Origin: Octopus bimaculoides | Taxonomy: Eukaryota | Length of the DNA stretch: 64,000 bases | Assembly: GCF_001194135.2 (NCBI RefSeq) | Contig: NC_068988.1 | Location: 13,085,985 to 13,149,984, forward strand | Direction: 5' to 3' | Part shown: piece by piece, positions 1-13,122 of the stretch | Numbering within the stretch: position 1 is the stretch's first letter | Layout of the letters: each line of letters opens with the position of its first letter | The notes under the pieces: model-generated | The model's input: the letters and a program-made list of their open reading frames with translations, nothing else | What the model was told of the DNA's origin: nothing | Databases searched by the model: none | Translations under genes and position numbers: made by a program

Positions 1-590
1 GCCACAACTATGATTTCATTTGGTTAAACAGGTCTTCACAAGCATGGCATATTGCCTGATGATTGAAGGGTGCTTTTAAATGGGCCAGTTATGCAAGTGG
101 CATCAGCTATGGCTATGATCTCACTTGGATCTTCTCAAGCACAGCATATCTCCATAGGTCTTGGTCACTTGCCATTGCCTCTCTGAGGTCCAATGTTCAA
201 AGGTCATGCTTCACCACCTCGTCCCATGTCTTCCTGGGTCTACCTCTTCCACAGGTTCCCTCCACTGTTAGGGTGTGACACTTCTTCATACAGTTGTCCT
301 CATCCATACACAACACATGACCATACCAGTGCAGTTGTCTCTCTTGCACAGCACATCTGATGCTTCTTATGTCCAATTTTTTTCTCAGGGTGCTTACACT
401 CTGTAATGTATGCACACTGACATTACACATCCAGCAGAGCACACTAGCTTCATTTCTTTCAAGCCTACGCATGTCCTCAGCAGTCACAGCCCATATTTCA
501 CTGCAGTGTAGCATGGCATTTCACACAGTCTGCCTATCACTCTGAGCAAGAGGCACTTTGTTACCAGCAGAGGTAGGAGCTCTCTGAACA
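1..590 (-). mobile_element. RTE-clade LINE fragment, RT C-terminal region and start of 3' UTR
   Basis: ORF 197..514(-) reads LHCSEIWAVTAEDMRRLERNEASVLCWMC...LHWYGHV...GRGRPRKTWDEVVKHDL, a typical RTE ORF2 C-terminus; same family as 28269-28590. Confidence 0.9.
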
Positions 591-1261
591 CTGTTTTCTA
601 GAAAGAAAAAAAAGCAATGGTTGTAGAAGAAATATTTTAGATCAGAAGTCCGCTCAATCATGGTTGATGTGAGGGTAGCTAAACAGTAATTATTGAGTTT
701 GTCTCTGTATGTTCCATAGAATTTACTTAAAAAAAAAAAGAACAAAAAAACAAAAAAAAAAAAAACACAAATGCAACTTGTTTTCTACTTTACAAACAAT
801 GGGAACTTCTTTTCAACTTAACACCAATGTGGAATTGGTAAACTTGTTCTATGTACAGTATTCTAAAGTAGTGCTTGTCTTCTTTTCTATTATTAATATT
901 TATGCAAGTACTGTACATGATAGGTGTGATTAAAATGTGCTGGTTTCCATCTGCATAAGTTTATTGTTCCTCTTGGATAATGTCAATGAACCGCGAAGAA
1001 TTATAACATGTCTGAGGGTTTGAACTTACTTCTGGTATTGAATTATACTCTTGTTTATTATTCATGGCCTTGGCCAAATGAATTACTATTATTGATTTAT
1101 TTCATTATCATAGGCACAAATTGACGGCGAAGATTTGCAGCTCTTAATAGTCAGGTAACAAATACCAAAATGGAGTCTAAATAAACACTTAAATCTTGAT
1201 GATGTTGAAGAAGCAACTGCATGACTAGTACTGTTTAACTCAAACCTACTTATAAATGACG

Positions 1262-1378
1262 CTAAGCCTGAACTGGTTTAGCCAAAATTCTTTGTATTAA
1301 GTTAACGTCAGTGCAATCCACAAACTGAAAGATGTCATATCTGACAATCCAAGATTCTTCAATTGACGACTTAGTGTA
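1262..1378 (-). CDS. Candidate terminal exon YTKSSIEESWIVRYDIFQFVDCTDVNLIQRILAKPVQA*, protein unidentified
   Basis: Acceptor ttttatttttcaaaag, 38 open codons, locally retained CpGs; other frames and the opposite strand are also partly open. Confidence 0.2.
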   Translation of the reverse strand, partial: YTKSSIEESWIVRYDIFQFVDCTDVNLIQRILAKPVQA

Positions 1379-2157
1379 CTTTTGAAAAATAAAACTTAGA
1401 TTTATCTAAGACAGGATAAAATTTTTACCAAAGTCTTAATGTGCATACTTCTTTAAGTGAATTCTCTGCAATCAGAATTGACCCAGAAGCAGTATATGAA
1501 ATTTGTTTTTAATCAATGAAATCCTTTAAACTCAAATAAAAATTCTTAATTGACTAAGAACTTCAACTAAAGTGTCCATTCTTAGATGTCTTGACCTTGT
1601 TGTAATAAGGTAGTCAGCCTGAATGTTTGCTCTTGAATAAGTACTACAGCCAAGATATAATACAGAAGTATTTTACACTACTAGTGAGTCCTCGCATTAA
1701 GGAAAGTTTATCTTGCAAGTAACAGCAGAAACATAAAAAATCATGACATTTTTTAGATCATTATAGCCTTCTAGCTCCTGTTCTGCATATAGGAAGAAAT
1801 TGTAAATTTGTCCATTTCAGCAAATTTTGCATGTGAAAAACCACTGTATTTTACCTAGTCTCTCTGTAATATTAATCTTTAGATGATGAATCCTAAACTG
1901 TCTGATGTAAAAAGGAAGTAATTTTGAATATTAATTGTCCAAGAAATGGTATCAAGTTAAGTGTGCATTGAATGTTTATTCAGTTCAAATGCAATTAGAT
2001 ATTGGTGCAACAAATTTCATCATTCTAACTTCACTGTTAACAAGGTTATCATTAATAATTAAACCTGCTTTCAGTAGACATTTAACTTCTAATGACGATC
2101 CTAAGTTAGAGGTAATTGGTAATACAACTGCTTTGCTTGGCTTAGAATAATAATAAT

Positions 2158-2341
2158 AATCCTTTCTACTATAGGAGGAGACTAGTCAATTAGATTGATC
2201 CCTGTGCTCAACTGGTATTTAATTTATTAACCCTGAAAGGATGAAAGCCTCGGTGGAATTTGAACTCAGAATGTAACAATGAACAAAATGCTGCTAAGCA
2301 TTTTGCCTAGTGTGCTAACGATTCTACCAGCTTGCCACCTT
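2158..2341 (-). mobile_element. SINE family B (tRNA-like head)
   Basis: Reverse complement matches 3804-3999, with B-box-like GTTCAAATTCC. Confidence 0.85.
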
Positions 2342-2719
2342 AATGATAATAATAATAATAATAATATTAATAATGATAAATAATAATAAAAACACACAGT
2401 TCAGCTTTGTTGTGGTTACTATTCCTTTATAATTTCAAATTAAAAGGTACAGATGCTCAGAATGTTATTTTCTTCTATTTACCATTAATAAAAGACTATA
2501 ATGCAAAATGAACTTCAAAAGTTTCAAGTGAGGGGAATTATAACTCTATATCCATAAAATGATCAACAATGTATCAATTATTTAGATGCAAAAAAAAAAT
2601 GTTGAAATAAGAATGTGTGCTAATTACAAAGTACATTTAAATAATGAGATTCATATTTTTTCTCATTTTGAAACTATGTTCACTGATATGCAAAAGGCAA
2701 AGTTTTTTCCTCGCCTGTT

Positions 2720-3360
2720 GGTGGCAGATTATTTTGAATCAAGACTCTGAGAGATTGTGTTTGGTAAATACAAGCAATGATAAATACTTTGCTAATAAAC
2801 TTCAGCTGGTCTCAAAGACAGCAGCTTCATGTTCCAATATTGTATGGAGTCTATACCGAAGGGAATCAATAGCATAATTATCAAGATGAAATACTTATCT
2901 TTGCATTAGAATTGAAAAATCAAGAATCTAGCAGTTATTGCTAGACTGGAAGGAGCCAGTGTATCCATTAATCCAAATAAACACACTGAAATGCATTGAT
3001 CATTCATCTTCTACAAATTTCCTAGGAATGAATATTCTCAAAGAATGCGATCAAACCATCATATAGCCTAATAAACAAAATTCAGCAAATTACTGCTCCT
3101 AAATCAAAAGAATATATTGAGAAATATTTGGGGGGTTGATAAACTATATTCACTGATTTATACCAAATACTGGTTTATATTGAAATCTTGTGGCTAAGAG
3201 GAATGTCTTTATTTGGGGAATGTATTAAGAGCAGACCATTGAAAAGACAACTTACAAAATGTCATGTTTAGGCAAGTTTTTATTGACTGTAAAATAACTT
3301 TCACTGAGAATTCTCTTGAATTTGTAGTTGTAAAAACATCTCAAAATGGAAAGCTTACTC
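2720..3360 (+). mobile_element. Decayed Gypsy/Ty3 LTR retrotransposon RT-RNaseH remnant
   Basis: YQDEILIFA at about 2879-2905 (YxDD-like), then INKIQQITAPKSKEYIEKYLG-INY..FIPN across frameshifts and stops. Confidence 0.6.
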
Positions 3361-3803
3361 TATAAGTTAGTAATACATCTAATTACTCATGTAAGTCTTT
3401 GGCATCTAGGCCATCGACTTTTCTCCATTGTTGACTCTGGGCTGTCTTTTCCTCTTCTAGACCTTGTTGGTTTTGAATTGTCATTGATGTGTCTTTAACT
3501 TTGCTTTTTTTTTTTTTTTGGTAGGGGTTTGTGTATTGGGTCAACACAAACCAATTTATACTACTGGTAAGAGCTGGTCCACATTAGTCTGGCCTCTATC
3601 CTTTGACATGTCCAGCATAGAAGTCCCTACCAGGATCTTGCATTTTGCTGGCATAGCTGTGAGGGTCATTGTGGCACTGACAATAAGGGTTGTTTGTGGT
3701 CTTTGTATAAGTGGCATTTGGGTTGAGATTTGGTGAAAGTTTTTTTTCATGCAAGGCAGATGTTAGCTCAGTCATCACCATCATCATCATCATCATCATT
3801 ATT

Positions 3804-3999
3804 AAGGTGGCAAGCTGGCAGAATTGTCAGCACGCTGGACAAAATGCTTAGCAACATTTCATATCTTTTGGGTTCAAATTCCACTGAGGTTGACTTTGCC
3901 ATTCATCCTTTTGGGGTCAATAGATTAAGTACCAGTGAAACACTGGGTTTGATGTCCCCTTCCCCAAAATTTCAGACCTTGTGCCTTTAGTAGAAAGGA
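3804..3999 (+). mobile_element. SINE family B
   Basis: A-box-like TGGCAGAATTGTCAG, B-box GGTTCAAATTCC, ends gtgcctttagtagaaaggat plus simple-repeat tail. Confidence 0.9.
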
Positions 4000-4008
4000 T
4001 CATCATCA

Positions 4009-4042
<34 letters not shown>

Positions 4043-4764
4043 CATTCAACATCTGTTTTCCATGCTGGCTGTATATCATTTCATTGCATTTATTGCATAT
4101 AAAGTTCTTTGCAGAGCATTTTTCATCTTTTCTATGTCAAAACACTATTCTTGAATGCTGCAACTATAGAAGCCTTGGCTGCTGAATGTGTAGATAAGTT
4201 TAACATCATTGATAGCTAATTCTGTTATTGTCATCTTCTATGGAATCTTGAGAACTTTTGAGAAAGCATTGTCTAAAAGTATGTGACTGTGTGTCTGAGA
4301 TAAATGCTGACCAACAAAAGGAGTTGGTCCTTATGTTGGTCGGCAGCAGGGAAATAAGTGTAGTATTTCATTGTGAGAAGTTGGAGATTATCCATGAAAG
4401 AGTCACTGCTTTCCTTTTTGGCTTGTTTTCATAAACTGAGTTTGTGATGCATCATTGTAGCAAATGTTTTCTGAAAGCAATTTGCCTAAAGTCTATTAAT
4501 TGCAATATAGTACAATCATGTACTATAGGAAGGCAGCTGAACCACAAAAAAAACAAAAACAAACTAGGACTTCCAGTTTGTTATTTTTAGAAGTTTCTGT
4601 CTTTCACATAAAAATCTCCATTCTTTTAATATTAATGCAGCTGCAACAACTTGTAGAATAAGTGAATTAAACTTTAACATGTTAGAAATGTAGAAAAGGA
4701 TATATATAGAGATAACAATAAAATTATACATACCAAGCTTTTTTATGTACCACCAAAAAGAGTG

Positions 4765-4850
4765 GGAGAGTGGCAGAATAGTTGGCATGTCAGCAGAAAT
4801 ACTTTATGGTATATCTACCAGCTCACTACATTCTGAGTTCAAATCCCATT
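4765..4850 (+). mobile_element. SINE family B, 5' fragment
   Basis: gagtggcagaatagttggcatg...ctgagttcaaatccc. Confidence 0.7.
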
Positions 4851-5305
4851 TACCTAGAGAAGGTAATGGGAAGCCACTCCAAAATTCATCCCAAGTTTAG
4901 TCGTGGTAGTTGAAGTTCCAGAAATTTACTTAATGACAGCAGGGGAAGGTATGATCCCTATCAGGTCTTTTAGGGGGTACTGGAGAAGGTTCACATGTAC
5001 AGGACTTGCCCAAGAGTAGACCACCACTAGACTAGACCACATCAAAGGTAGCCCTCATCTGGCCAGAGTGGTACGATATTTCAAACTAATCAAACAGAAT
5101 GGCTTGTGGGTAGGGGAGGCAGTCAGACAGACATCAACTTGCTACTATTCTGACTAGGCCAAGAGAGGACATAAAGAACAACAGCTGCCTAGTGAAAGAG
5201 ATTCTTTTAAGTTTGCCTTCCAGAATATTGATCTGTGATTGGTTAATGGATCTAGTGAAGAAATGAGGAAATATCAAAATGTCACCTGTCATACCAAAAT
5301 GTCAC

Positions 5306-5568
5306 CAGTCTCTTTTGCCAAACTGCTAAGTTATGGGGCACATAAACCAACCAAGATTGATTGTCAAGCAGTGATGGGTGACAAACACTTGCACACACAC
5401 ACCTGATGGACTTCTTTCGGTTTCTGTCTACTCAATCTGTTCAGAAGGCTTTGGTTGGCCTGAGGCTATAGTAAAAAGCAATTGCTCATGATACAACACA
5501 GTGGCACTGAACACAGAACTATGTGATTGGGAAGCAAACTTCTTACTACATGATCATGCTGGCACCTG
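5306..5568 (-). mobile_element. SINE family A, diverged
   Basis: Similar to 25508-25906. Confidence 0.8.
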
Positions 5569-5903
5569 TGTACTATACCTTAGAAAAAGATGGGGTAGTC
5601 ATGGCTAGAACATCTTTGTACATAGGTCTGTTCAAATGAGGATGACCTGTGGCTCTACATGAAGCTATTGTTTCAGAATATAGATAATTGTAAATAATTA
5701 GGCAGGCGATTTTTTTTTTGTTACTATGACAAAACTGGTTTTCTTTTTCTGTTAGGAACTGATGTCTTCTGTTGATAAGATAACATGGAAACTTGCTTTG
5801 ATAACTCTTTAATTCTCATTGTTCTCAAAGGAGATAATTAAAAAAAAAGAGAAAAACAAAAAGCAATTCTAATTGGGAAAGTAATAAGTGATTACACCTC
5901 CCC

Positions 5904-5906
<3 letters not shown>

Positions 5907-5948
<42 letters not shown>
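5907..5948. repeat. (TA)n microsatellite
   Basis: Direct observation. Confidence 0.95.
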
Positions 5949-5951
<3 letters not shown>

Positions 5952-6481
5952 CATGTCAGATTCAGCAAATTTAGCAATCTCCGAAAGTTAATTGAAAAGA
6001 CTTAAGGTAATGGCTTTAATAATAAATAAATAAATAAATTGATTATTGTTCTGGAAATTTCATTTCATGCCATTGACCAAACTAGATGCATTCTCAACTT
6101 GAATCAGAATTATACACAAGAACAGTTTTATTTAAAGCATCTACCACATAGAACATGTTTGTACATGAATAAGTCTAAAGGTATTATTAGTACTGCTTTA
6201 ATTACATACACAGCATTACTTAATTAGCCAGAAGAAAGTGATAAAGGGAAGAAGATTATGATTGTGACCAACTTCTCAGACTTTGATGTGTTGCAGTGTA
6301 GCATTAAATAAAACTTGAGTAACCTTATTCAGTTTATTAAACTGTGATAGTAAGAGCTCCACTGTCATTATACATTTCTTCTCGCTTGTCACTGGTGTTT
6401 GATTAAAAAAGCAAACCACTGTGCTAGATGAATTGGCGATAAATGAATAACACTTAAAAATTTTTTTTTGTCTTTGGTCAG

Positions 6482-6884
6482 TAAGTGTTATTTCTTCTTT
6501 GCTTCTATCTAGAAATCAAAGGTAATGACTACTATTTCCTTCAAACTTTGCTTTTGCGACCTGGACATCAATGTTTTGAAACTGACCTATTTTCCATTAC
6601 ATTTCAGACAGATTCAGCACTGAGTCGCTGAGGCAGAAATATCATTATAGGAAATATTCTGCTTAACAGCACAGATTTGCTTGACCATAACCACTTGAGC
6701 ATATCCCTTAGTGGTTGACAATATGTACATCTCTAATCATGAGCAGGAGTAGAGGGGGAGCATCATAGCCATGTGTTGAAAGGAATTCTTTGGGGTTTGA
6801 ATAAATGTAGTAAAAGCAAAGTTTGAAGGAAATATTGGACATTCTTCATACTTTCTAGGGATAAGCAAATAGGAAATAACAGTT
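6482..6884. mobile_element. MITE-like element with long imperfect terminal inverted repeats
   Basis: Perfect 23-bp inverted core tatttccttcaaactttgctttt (6533-6555 and 6812-6834) within imperfect arms of about 75 bp. Confidence 0.7.
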
Positions 6885-8447
6885 GCTACCCAAGGATAAA
6901 AATCACGTTACTCAGTGTAATTGAACTTCTAGGGAAAATAGGTTTCACTCCAAGACCTCAAGTTAACCTGAGCATTGTGGATGGTCACTGAGGCATGCTG
7001 CTGCAGTCCAAGCAAAAGTTTCAACTGATTGTTGACTTGTGTTATCACACATCAATCCATGATAAGCGTAACATGGTTCACAATTGAATGTACCATGTTA
7101 TCCCAGGTCAATGATGAATGAATCTGTGATAAATGAAGGTAGATGTACTTGTTCAGTTAATCCTAATCTAGCAGAGCCATGATCAAAAACATAACAGCTA
7201 TGATTATTCCATACTGTTTAAGCAACTATAGTGAATCTATATTATCCAACGTGTCCACTTTATTAAGATAGGTTGTGGTTTGAGGGAGTTTTGGCTGGTG
7301 TTTTTAGCATTTTAATTGGCCATGTGGAGGCTCTTCCTTGGTTTGTATCTTGTTTCTTATTTGTAAATATTGGATTTCTAGGAAAGCTACAACACAATAT
7401 GGGAGAAATATTATGGTTAAATGAAATAAATTTGCTTAAATGCCCAATAATTTATTGATTTTATTTATTCAGTTTATGAGGTAGATGAAGAAATTTATTT
7501 AGTAACTTTCTTTTTGGTAAATTAATGGGGAATCTTTTAGAAAATCTAATTTGTTCAATATAATTAATTATATTTAACATCTACCGTGATACATTTTTTT
7601 TTTTCAAAATAAAAGAAATTAAATTCCCTTTTAATGTATTTAAAATAAATTGCATTCAACTGTAAGTCACTGGATTTAATTATTTTCCTAAGCAAATAGA
7701 AATATATTATTACAAATGCATATATCTGAAAGCAATAGGTCATTCAACAATTTCAATAACAATATGAATATTACAGTAGCTATGAAGCTAAAACAGAATA
7801 ACTATTGAATGGAAGGATTTTTAAATAACAAAGCAATAAACAATATATGTTGTTGTTGCAATAAAGCATCTAAAGATCATGTGAATTCTAAGAATTCAAA
7901 TGCTTTTTAAAAGTACAAACATTGATCCTGTATTGGTAGAATTTAGGATTTTCTGCAGTGCTGTAATCAATAGAAGGTTCTTAGCATAAAACTGGAAACT
8001 CATGTTTCTTAAAATAGTACTTGCAATACCGAAAACTGGACTCTGCCAGGAAAAACAACTGAAAAAGATAGAACTTCTACTGACATTGAAGTTATTAATT
8101 GTAGTTTTTCCTAACTGTGTTAAGCTGTAGATATTTTTTTCAGTTTTGGTAAGAGAAAATATTAGTGTAGTGAATAAAAGAAGATGAGAACCATTAAACA
8201 TTTACATAGAAACTACGATTTTTATTTCTATGAGTTGATAAATGATAATCTGTTCTGTTTACTTGTAATAATTTTGATGTTGGTTATAGGGTCAAAATAC
8301 TGTAATACATACAGACTGGAGTGTAAAGCTAAAACTTTCTTACACTTGTCCCACTCTGTAAAACCCATTACTTTGCTTACTCAGCATACACAGCAGAAAG
8401 AGCTATCACATCCTGAGTCAATGAGAAGCCTCTGTGTAGTTGCTTAC

Positions 8448-8494
8448 CCTACTAGAGATAGCAGCAAAAGCTTCCTGAAATTGCACCCAACCAT
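8448..8494 (-). CDS. Candidate internal exon (D)GWVQFQEAFAAISSR
   Basis: Acceptor ttaatttttatag, donor AGG|gtaagc, one open frame (phase 1 to 0). Confidence 0.3.
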
Positions 8495-10081
8495 CTATAA
8501 AAATTAAGGATGTTCAGGATAATGTAACCCTATGTACACTATGGTTAAAAATAAGATGGGTTGGTCATAGCTGGATTGCTTTTGACTGCAGGTCTTAGTC
8601 ATCTGTGGATTGGTAGGTTGAGGGATACAAGTTACATAATCAGTTTTAACCCACAGATAATAAGCAAATTTTCAATTTTGCAAAAACCATCTTCTGCTTC
8701 CTCTGTGTTTTTTGGAAAATTGTGAGTAAAACAGTTGTAAAAGACAATTATAGTGATTTAAGTGTTAATTGAAACAAATAGAACCTACTATTAATCTATT
8801 TGAAGGTTCCATTCTTTTTCATATTGTCTCTTTTGGTGTTGTCTTTCATGAAATTTTGTTCTTGTTTGCTAATAGTAAATTCATTGAACAGAAATTTGTG
8901 GGTTTATTACATCAACTTGTTTCTGAGAAACTCCTTCATCTCTTGCCAAGACATAGAACATTCTCTATGCAATTTATTGTCTTATTCCAGTGAAACTCCA
9001 TGTGCTATTAACTGATATTTCTTGCTTGATATACAAACTGTATTATGATGTCAGCAATTAGCGTGCTAATGTGATGTCATTAAGTCATGATTATTTCTTT
9101 CCTTTGACTTACTAGTTGGTCAATATTGGCCAAGGTTTAGTCCTTATGTGAAGCTGTAGTGAAAGATTGATTTTCGAAAAGTTTCCTGTAAGTTAAATAA
9201 GGTTTCTCATGGAGTTCCATTTTTAAAATTATTTCTTTCAGTTAATAATAATCACAATATGAATAATAATCAAAATGTTTCTTTAAGAACTATGGCCATT
9301 GACATCATAGTTATCAAATATCTTAATAATGTTATTGTATTGATAGTATTTACTAAAATTAGATCTTTCTTCTGTTGCTATTTTCAGTAAGGCCTTCATA
9401 TCAGGATTAGCTTAAGAAAGAATAAAATGATATTTTGTCAGGAATTTTCAATAAAACTGGTGAATAAGCTATTTCAGTCATTCATGAAAGAGATGACTCT
9501 CATTCTATTTACTCATGAAAACTTTTGCTAAATTTGTAAATTATTTGGGATCTTTATAGTCCAGGAATTATGCTGATTTTGGAATCCATAAAGCTAATTT
9601 TTACTGTTCTTAAAATGCTTTAGTAGCAATACATGTGGTCCTTTTCTTTTTTCATTTTGGAAAGTGAAGTTGCAGGGCATCAGTAATTTCAATTTAAATG
9701 TTAATCTATTTTTGTATGCTAAAATGGTTTGGACAGGTTTGCAATACAGCAATACAGTGTCTCTCCATTAGTCTCAATTATGTTATCTCTAATGTGAAAT
9801 CCAGAAGTTTCAAGACTGGCTTAATCACCTCTACTAAGTCCTTCATTGTCTAGTTCCATCAAAAGTGCCATATTTCCAGGGTTGTGGAGTTGATATACAA
9901 AACCTGATCTGACTCCCCAATTTATCGTACCACTGACCTATGAGTCTTGTATTTGTAATGACTCTTTCTTTGATTCAAAGCACACAACAAACAAGGCCAC
10001 TGTTAATCATCAAGTTACTTTTTAGTACCATAACCTGTTGAAGTTTGCATTAAAGGTTATAGTTATTTTGTTTATTATAAT

Positions 10082-10285
10082 CAAGGCAGAGAGCTGACAG
10101 AATCCTTAGTATGCTGAACAAATGCTTAGCAGCGTTTCTTTTGGCTTTACATTCTGGGATCAAATGCCACTGAGGTTGACTTTGTCTTTTCGGGTCAATA
10201 AAATAAGTACTAGTTGAGCACTGGGGTTGATGTGATTGACGTAACCTCTCCCACTAAAATTGCTGGTTTTGTGAAAAATTTGAAT
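10082..10285 (+). mobile_element. SINE family B
   Basis: Similar to 3804-3999. Confidence 0.85.
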
Positions 10286-10753
10286 CTGTTATTTATTAAG
10301 TTACTCACAATTAAGTCAAAACATTCAAAATTAAAAACAAAGTGGCTACTTTTATTAAGACTATTAAATAAAAGTTGATGTAAAAGAAATAAACTATAAA
10401 AATATGATAAAAAGAAAATGAAGAACATGTTTGTTCATCAATTCAAAACTCTAAAGTACATAAAAGTTAAAACGACGAGGTTGAACACCTAAAGCAATTT
10501 AAAGACTGTTTTAAAAGAAATAGAATCAATTAGATACATACTTTTCAAGATTTAAAGCATTGTTTGGATATAAAAATGTGCCTGATTATGAAAGATTACA
10601 TTAAATGAAATAATTATATTGTAAAAGACTGAAAAATTTTGTTCAACTCTATAGAAACATTGTATTTTTGAGTTAAATAAAGAAAATCAAAATTCCAAAT
10701 TCACTAACATCTTAATGGAATTACTTCTACTAGATCCTCCTTCATAGGAGTCC

Positions 10754-10982
10754 TTAACCCTTTTGATGCCAACCCACCTGTGACCACCTCTGTTTCTATG
10801 AAAGAAACTTCCAATTTTAAAGTGATTGAAATTTAAAACCTTGCATCAAAATTTCATGTTCATTTATGTTCTCAACATTAGCTTAATCGTGGCAGTTATT
10901 TCACTAAATTCTTCTCTAGTTTAGAAATTAATTGAAATGAACAGTGTGTATTTCAACAGAAATATGTTAATGAAAGGGTTAT
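10754..10982. mobile_element. piggyBac-type (TTAA) MITE
   Basis: TTAA-CCCTTT...AAAGGG-TTAT ends, no ORF. Confidence 0.6.
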
Positions 10983-11419
10983 ATCTGATTTGATTTCGGT
11001 GCAAAATTGCTCTCAACTCTGATTTTGTAGTCCTGCATATTTCATTTCTTTCTGTTTGGTGATTTATTTCCTTTAGCTGTTGCTACACATGAGATCCACT
11101 TCCTCTCTAAGGATACTTATAAATCAAATCAAATTCATTTTTTAATTTTTACCATCAAGAGATTTTATATAGAGAGATTAATATTTTTTTCTATTCCTTC
11201 ATGTAAAATATATAACATCCTTGTAATCTAATCTGCTTGTGCTAGTTCATGGAAATAGTAGTGAATCTCTCTAAACATTTTTAAATTCATCATCTTTCAT
11301 TGTTGGTCATTATCTTGAATATTAGACATTGAACAAAGTGGTATCACCTCAACTGTAGGAACAGTATTCCATATTGGGAAATATTTTACTTTGAGAAATG
11401 TTACAAAGGATATGGTAAA

Positions 11420-11622
11420 GGTAGCAAACTGGCTGATTGGTTAACATGCTGACAAAATACTAAGCAGCATTTCATCTATGTTCTCAGTTCAAATTCCACC
11501 AAGGTTGACTTTGCCTTTCATCTTTTTGGGGTTGACAAAAATAAGTACCAGTCAAGTACTGGAGTTGATGTTATCAACTTATCCCCTCCCCAAAATAGCT
11601 GGCCTTGTGCCAAAATTTGAAA
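11420..11622 (+). mobile_element. SINE family B
   Basis: Similar to 3804-3999. Confidence 0.85.
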
Positions 11623-12571
11623 CTAATATTTCACTAGCCATCATATACATAAAGTGAAGCAGAAAGTTTAAGGAAGTTTAGTAGATGTGATATCAAAGTT
11701 GCCAGCTAGAATACAAACAAAATTTCATGATGCATTAGGTCCTGGGGATATAATGTCTGATGTTAAATGAATCAATTGAATCAGTAATCCCCAAAAAGGC
11801 ATGACCAAAACAACAGTGCCAAAACGTTCCCTACCCTTCTGTAGAATGATCATAGACTATGCTGTTCATTTAAGCCATAAAAAAACATATGAATATATAC
11901 ATGTAGATGCACATGCTTGTATCTGTTTATACACTATTTAAAAATTTGAAAAAGAAAACTATTTAGTTACAAATTTTTTATCAATAATAAACCAGCCAAA
12001 CCATATAATTATCATTTCTAGGTAATTAATGTTTCTATGAGGTGAATTCGGCAGTGGCTCGTTGACTTCTCATAGGGAAACAAGTGTGAACTCAGAGGTA
12101 GGCGCAACTTTACGTATGTAGTAGCTGGTAGGTACTTTATAATAATAAATTCTTCCTTTTATTCTCTGAGCAAAGTGTGCATGACGAATAAGTTAAAAAC
12201 CTTTAGTGATCATGTGAGTTTCTTCCAGAGATCACCCTGCTTAAGAAATGATTTGATTAATAACTTATTGTTCTCTGTTTTTTATTTGTCTTTTTAACTA
12301 TATGGTGTGTGTGTGTATGCACTCACACATATAGTATAAAAAGAAAGAATGCATACTTCATATTTATATACACATATCAACAAACCTATTCTAACTATGT
12401 CAATGTATGAGTGGATAGGTGACTTTGAAAGTGAAGATTAAACAGATTAAAATAAAACCATTGCTTTCACATCATCAAACAACAAGTTGATATTTATGTA
12501 AGTGTTCAAGTGGTACTATTCAAAGTATGTGTGTGTGTGTCTGTCTGTGTTTATACACACATGTATGGGTG

Positions 12572-12722
12572 TAGGTGCAGGCATGGCTGTGTGGTAAGGA
12601 GTTTGCTTCCCAATAACATAGGTCCATGTTCTGTCCCTCTGTGTGGCACCTTGGGCAAGTGTTTTCCACTACAGACCCAGGCCAACCAAAGTCTAGTGAG
12701 TTGATTTGGTGGATGGAAACAG
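12572..12722 (+). mobile_element. SINE family A, 5' half (tRNA-like head)
   Basis: ggtgcaggcatggctgtgtggtaagga...ggcaccttgggcaagtg. Confidence 0.85.
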
Positions 12723-12729
12723 AGCGACT

Positions 12730-13022
12730 CTTTGCTCTTTACTCTTTTACTTGTTTGTCATTTGACTGCGGCCATGCTGGAGCACCACCTTTAGTCAAGA
12801 AAATCAACCCCAGGACTTATTCTTTGTAAGCCTAGTACTTATTCTATCAGTCTCTTTTGCTGAACCACTAAGTTTCGGGGACGTAAACACACCAGCATCG
12901 GTTGTCAAGTGATATTGGGGGATAAACACAGACACACACACATATATATACATATACATATATATATGATGAGCTTTTTTCAGTTTCCGTCTACCAAATC
13001 CACTCACAAGACTTTGGTCGGC
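12730..13022 (-). mobile_element. SINE family A, young copy cut by a gap
   Basis: Near-consensus with CpGs intact; matches 33010-33412. Confidence 0.9.
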
Positions 13023-13122
13023 NNNNNNNNNNNNNNNNNNNNNNNNNNNNNNNNNNNNNNNNNNNNNNNNNNNNNNNNNNNNNNNNNNNNNNNNNNNNNN
13101 NNNNNNNNNNNNNNNNNNNNNN
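13023..13122. other. Assembly gap (100 N)
   Basis: N run. Confidence 1.
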
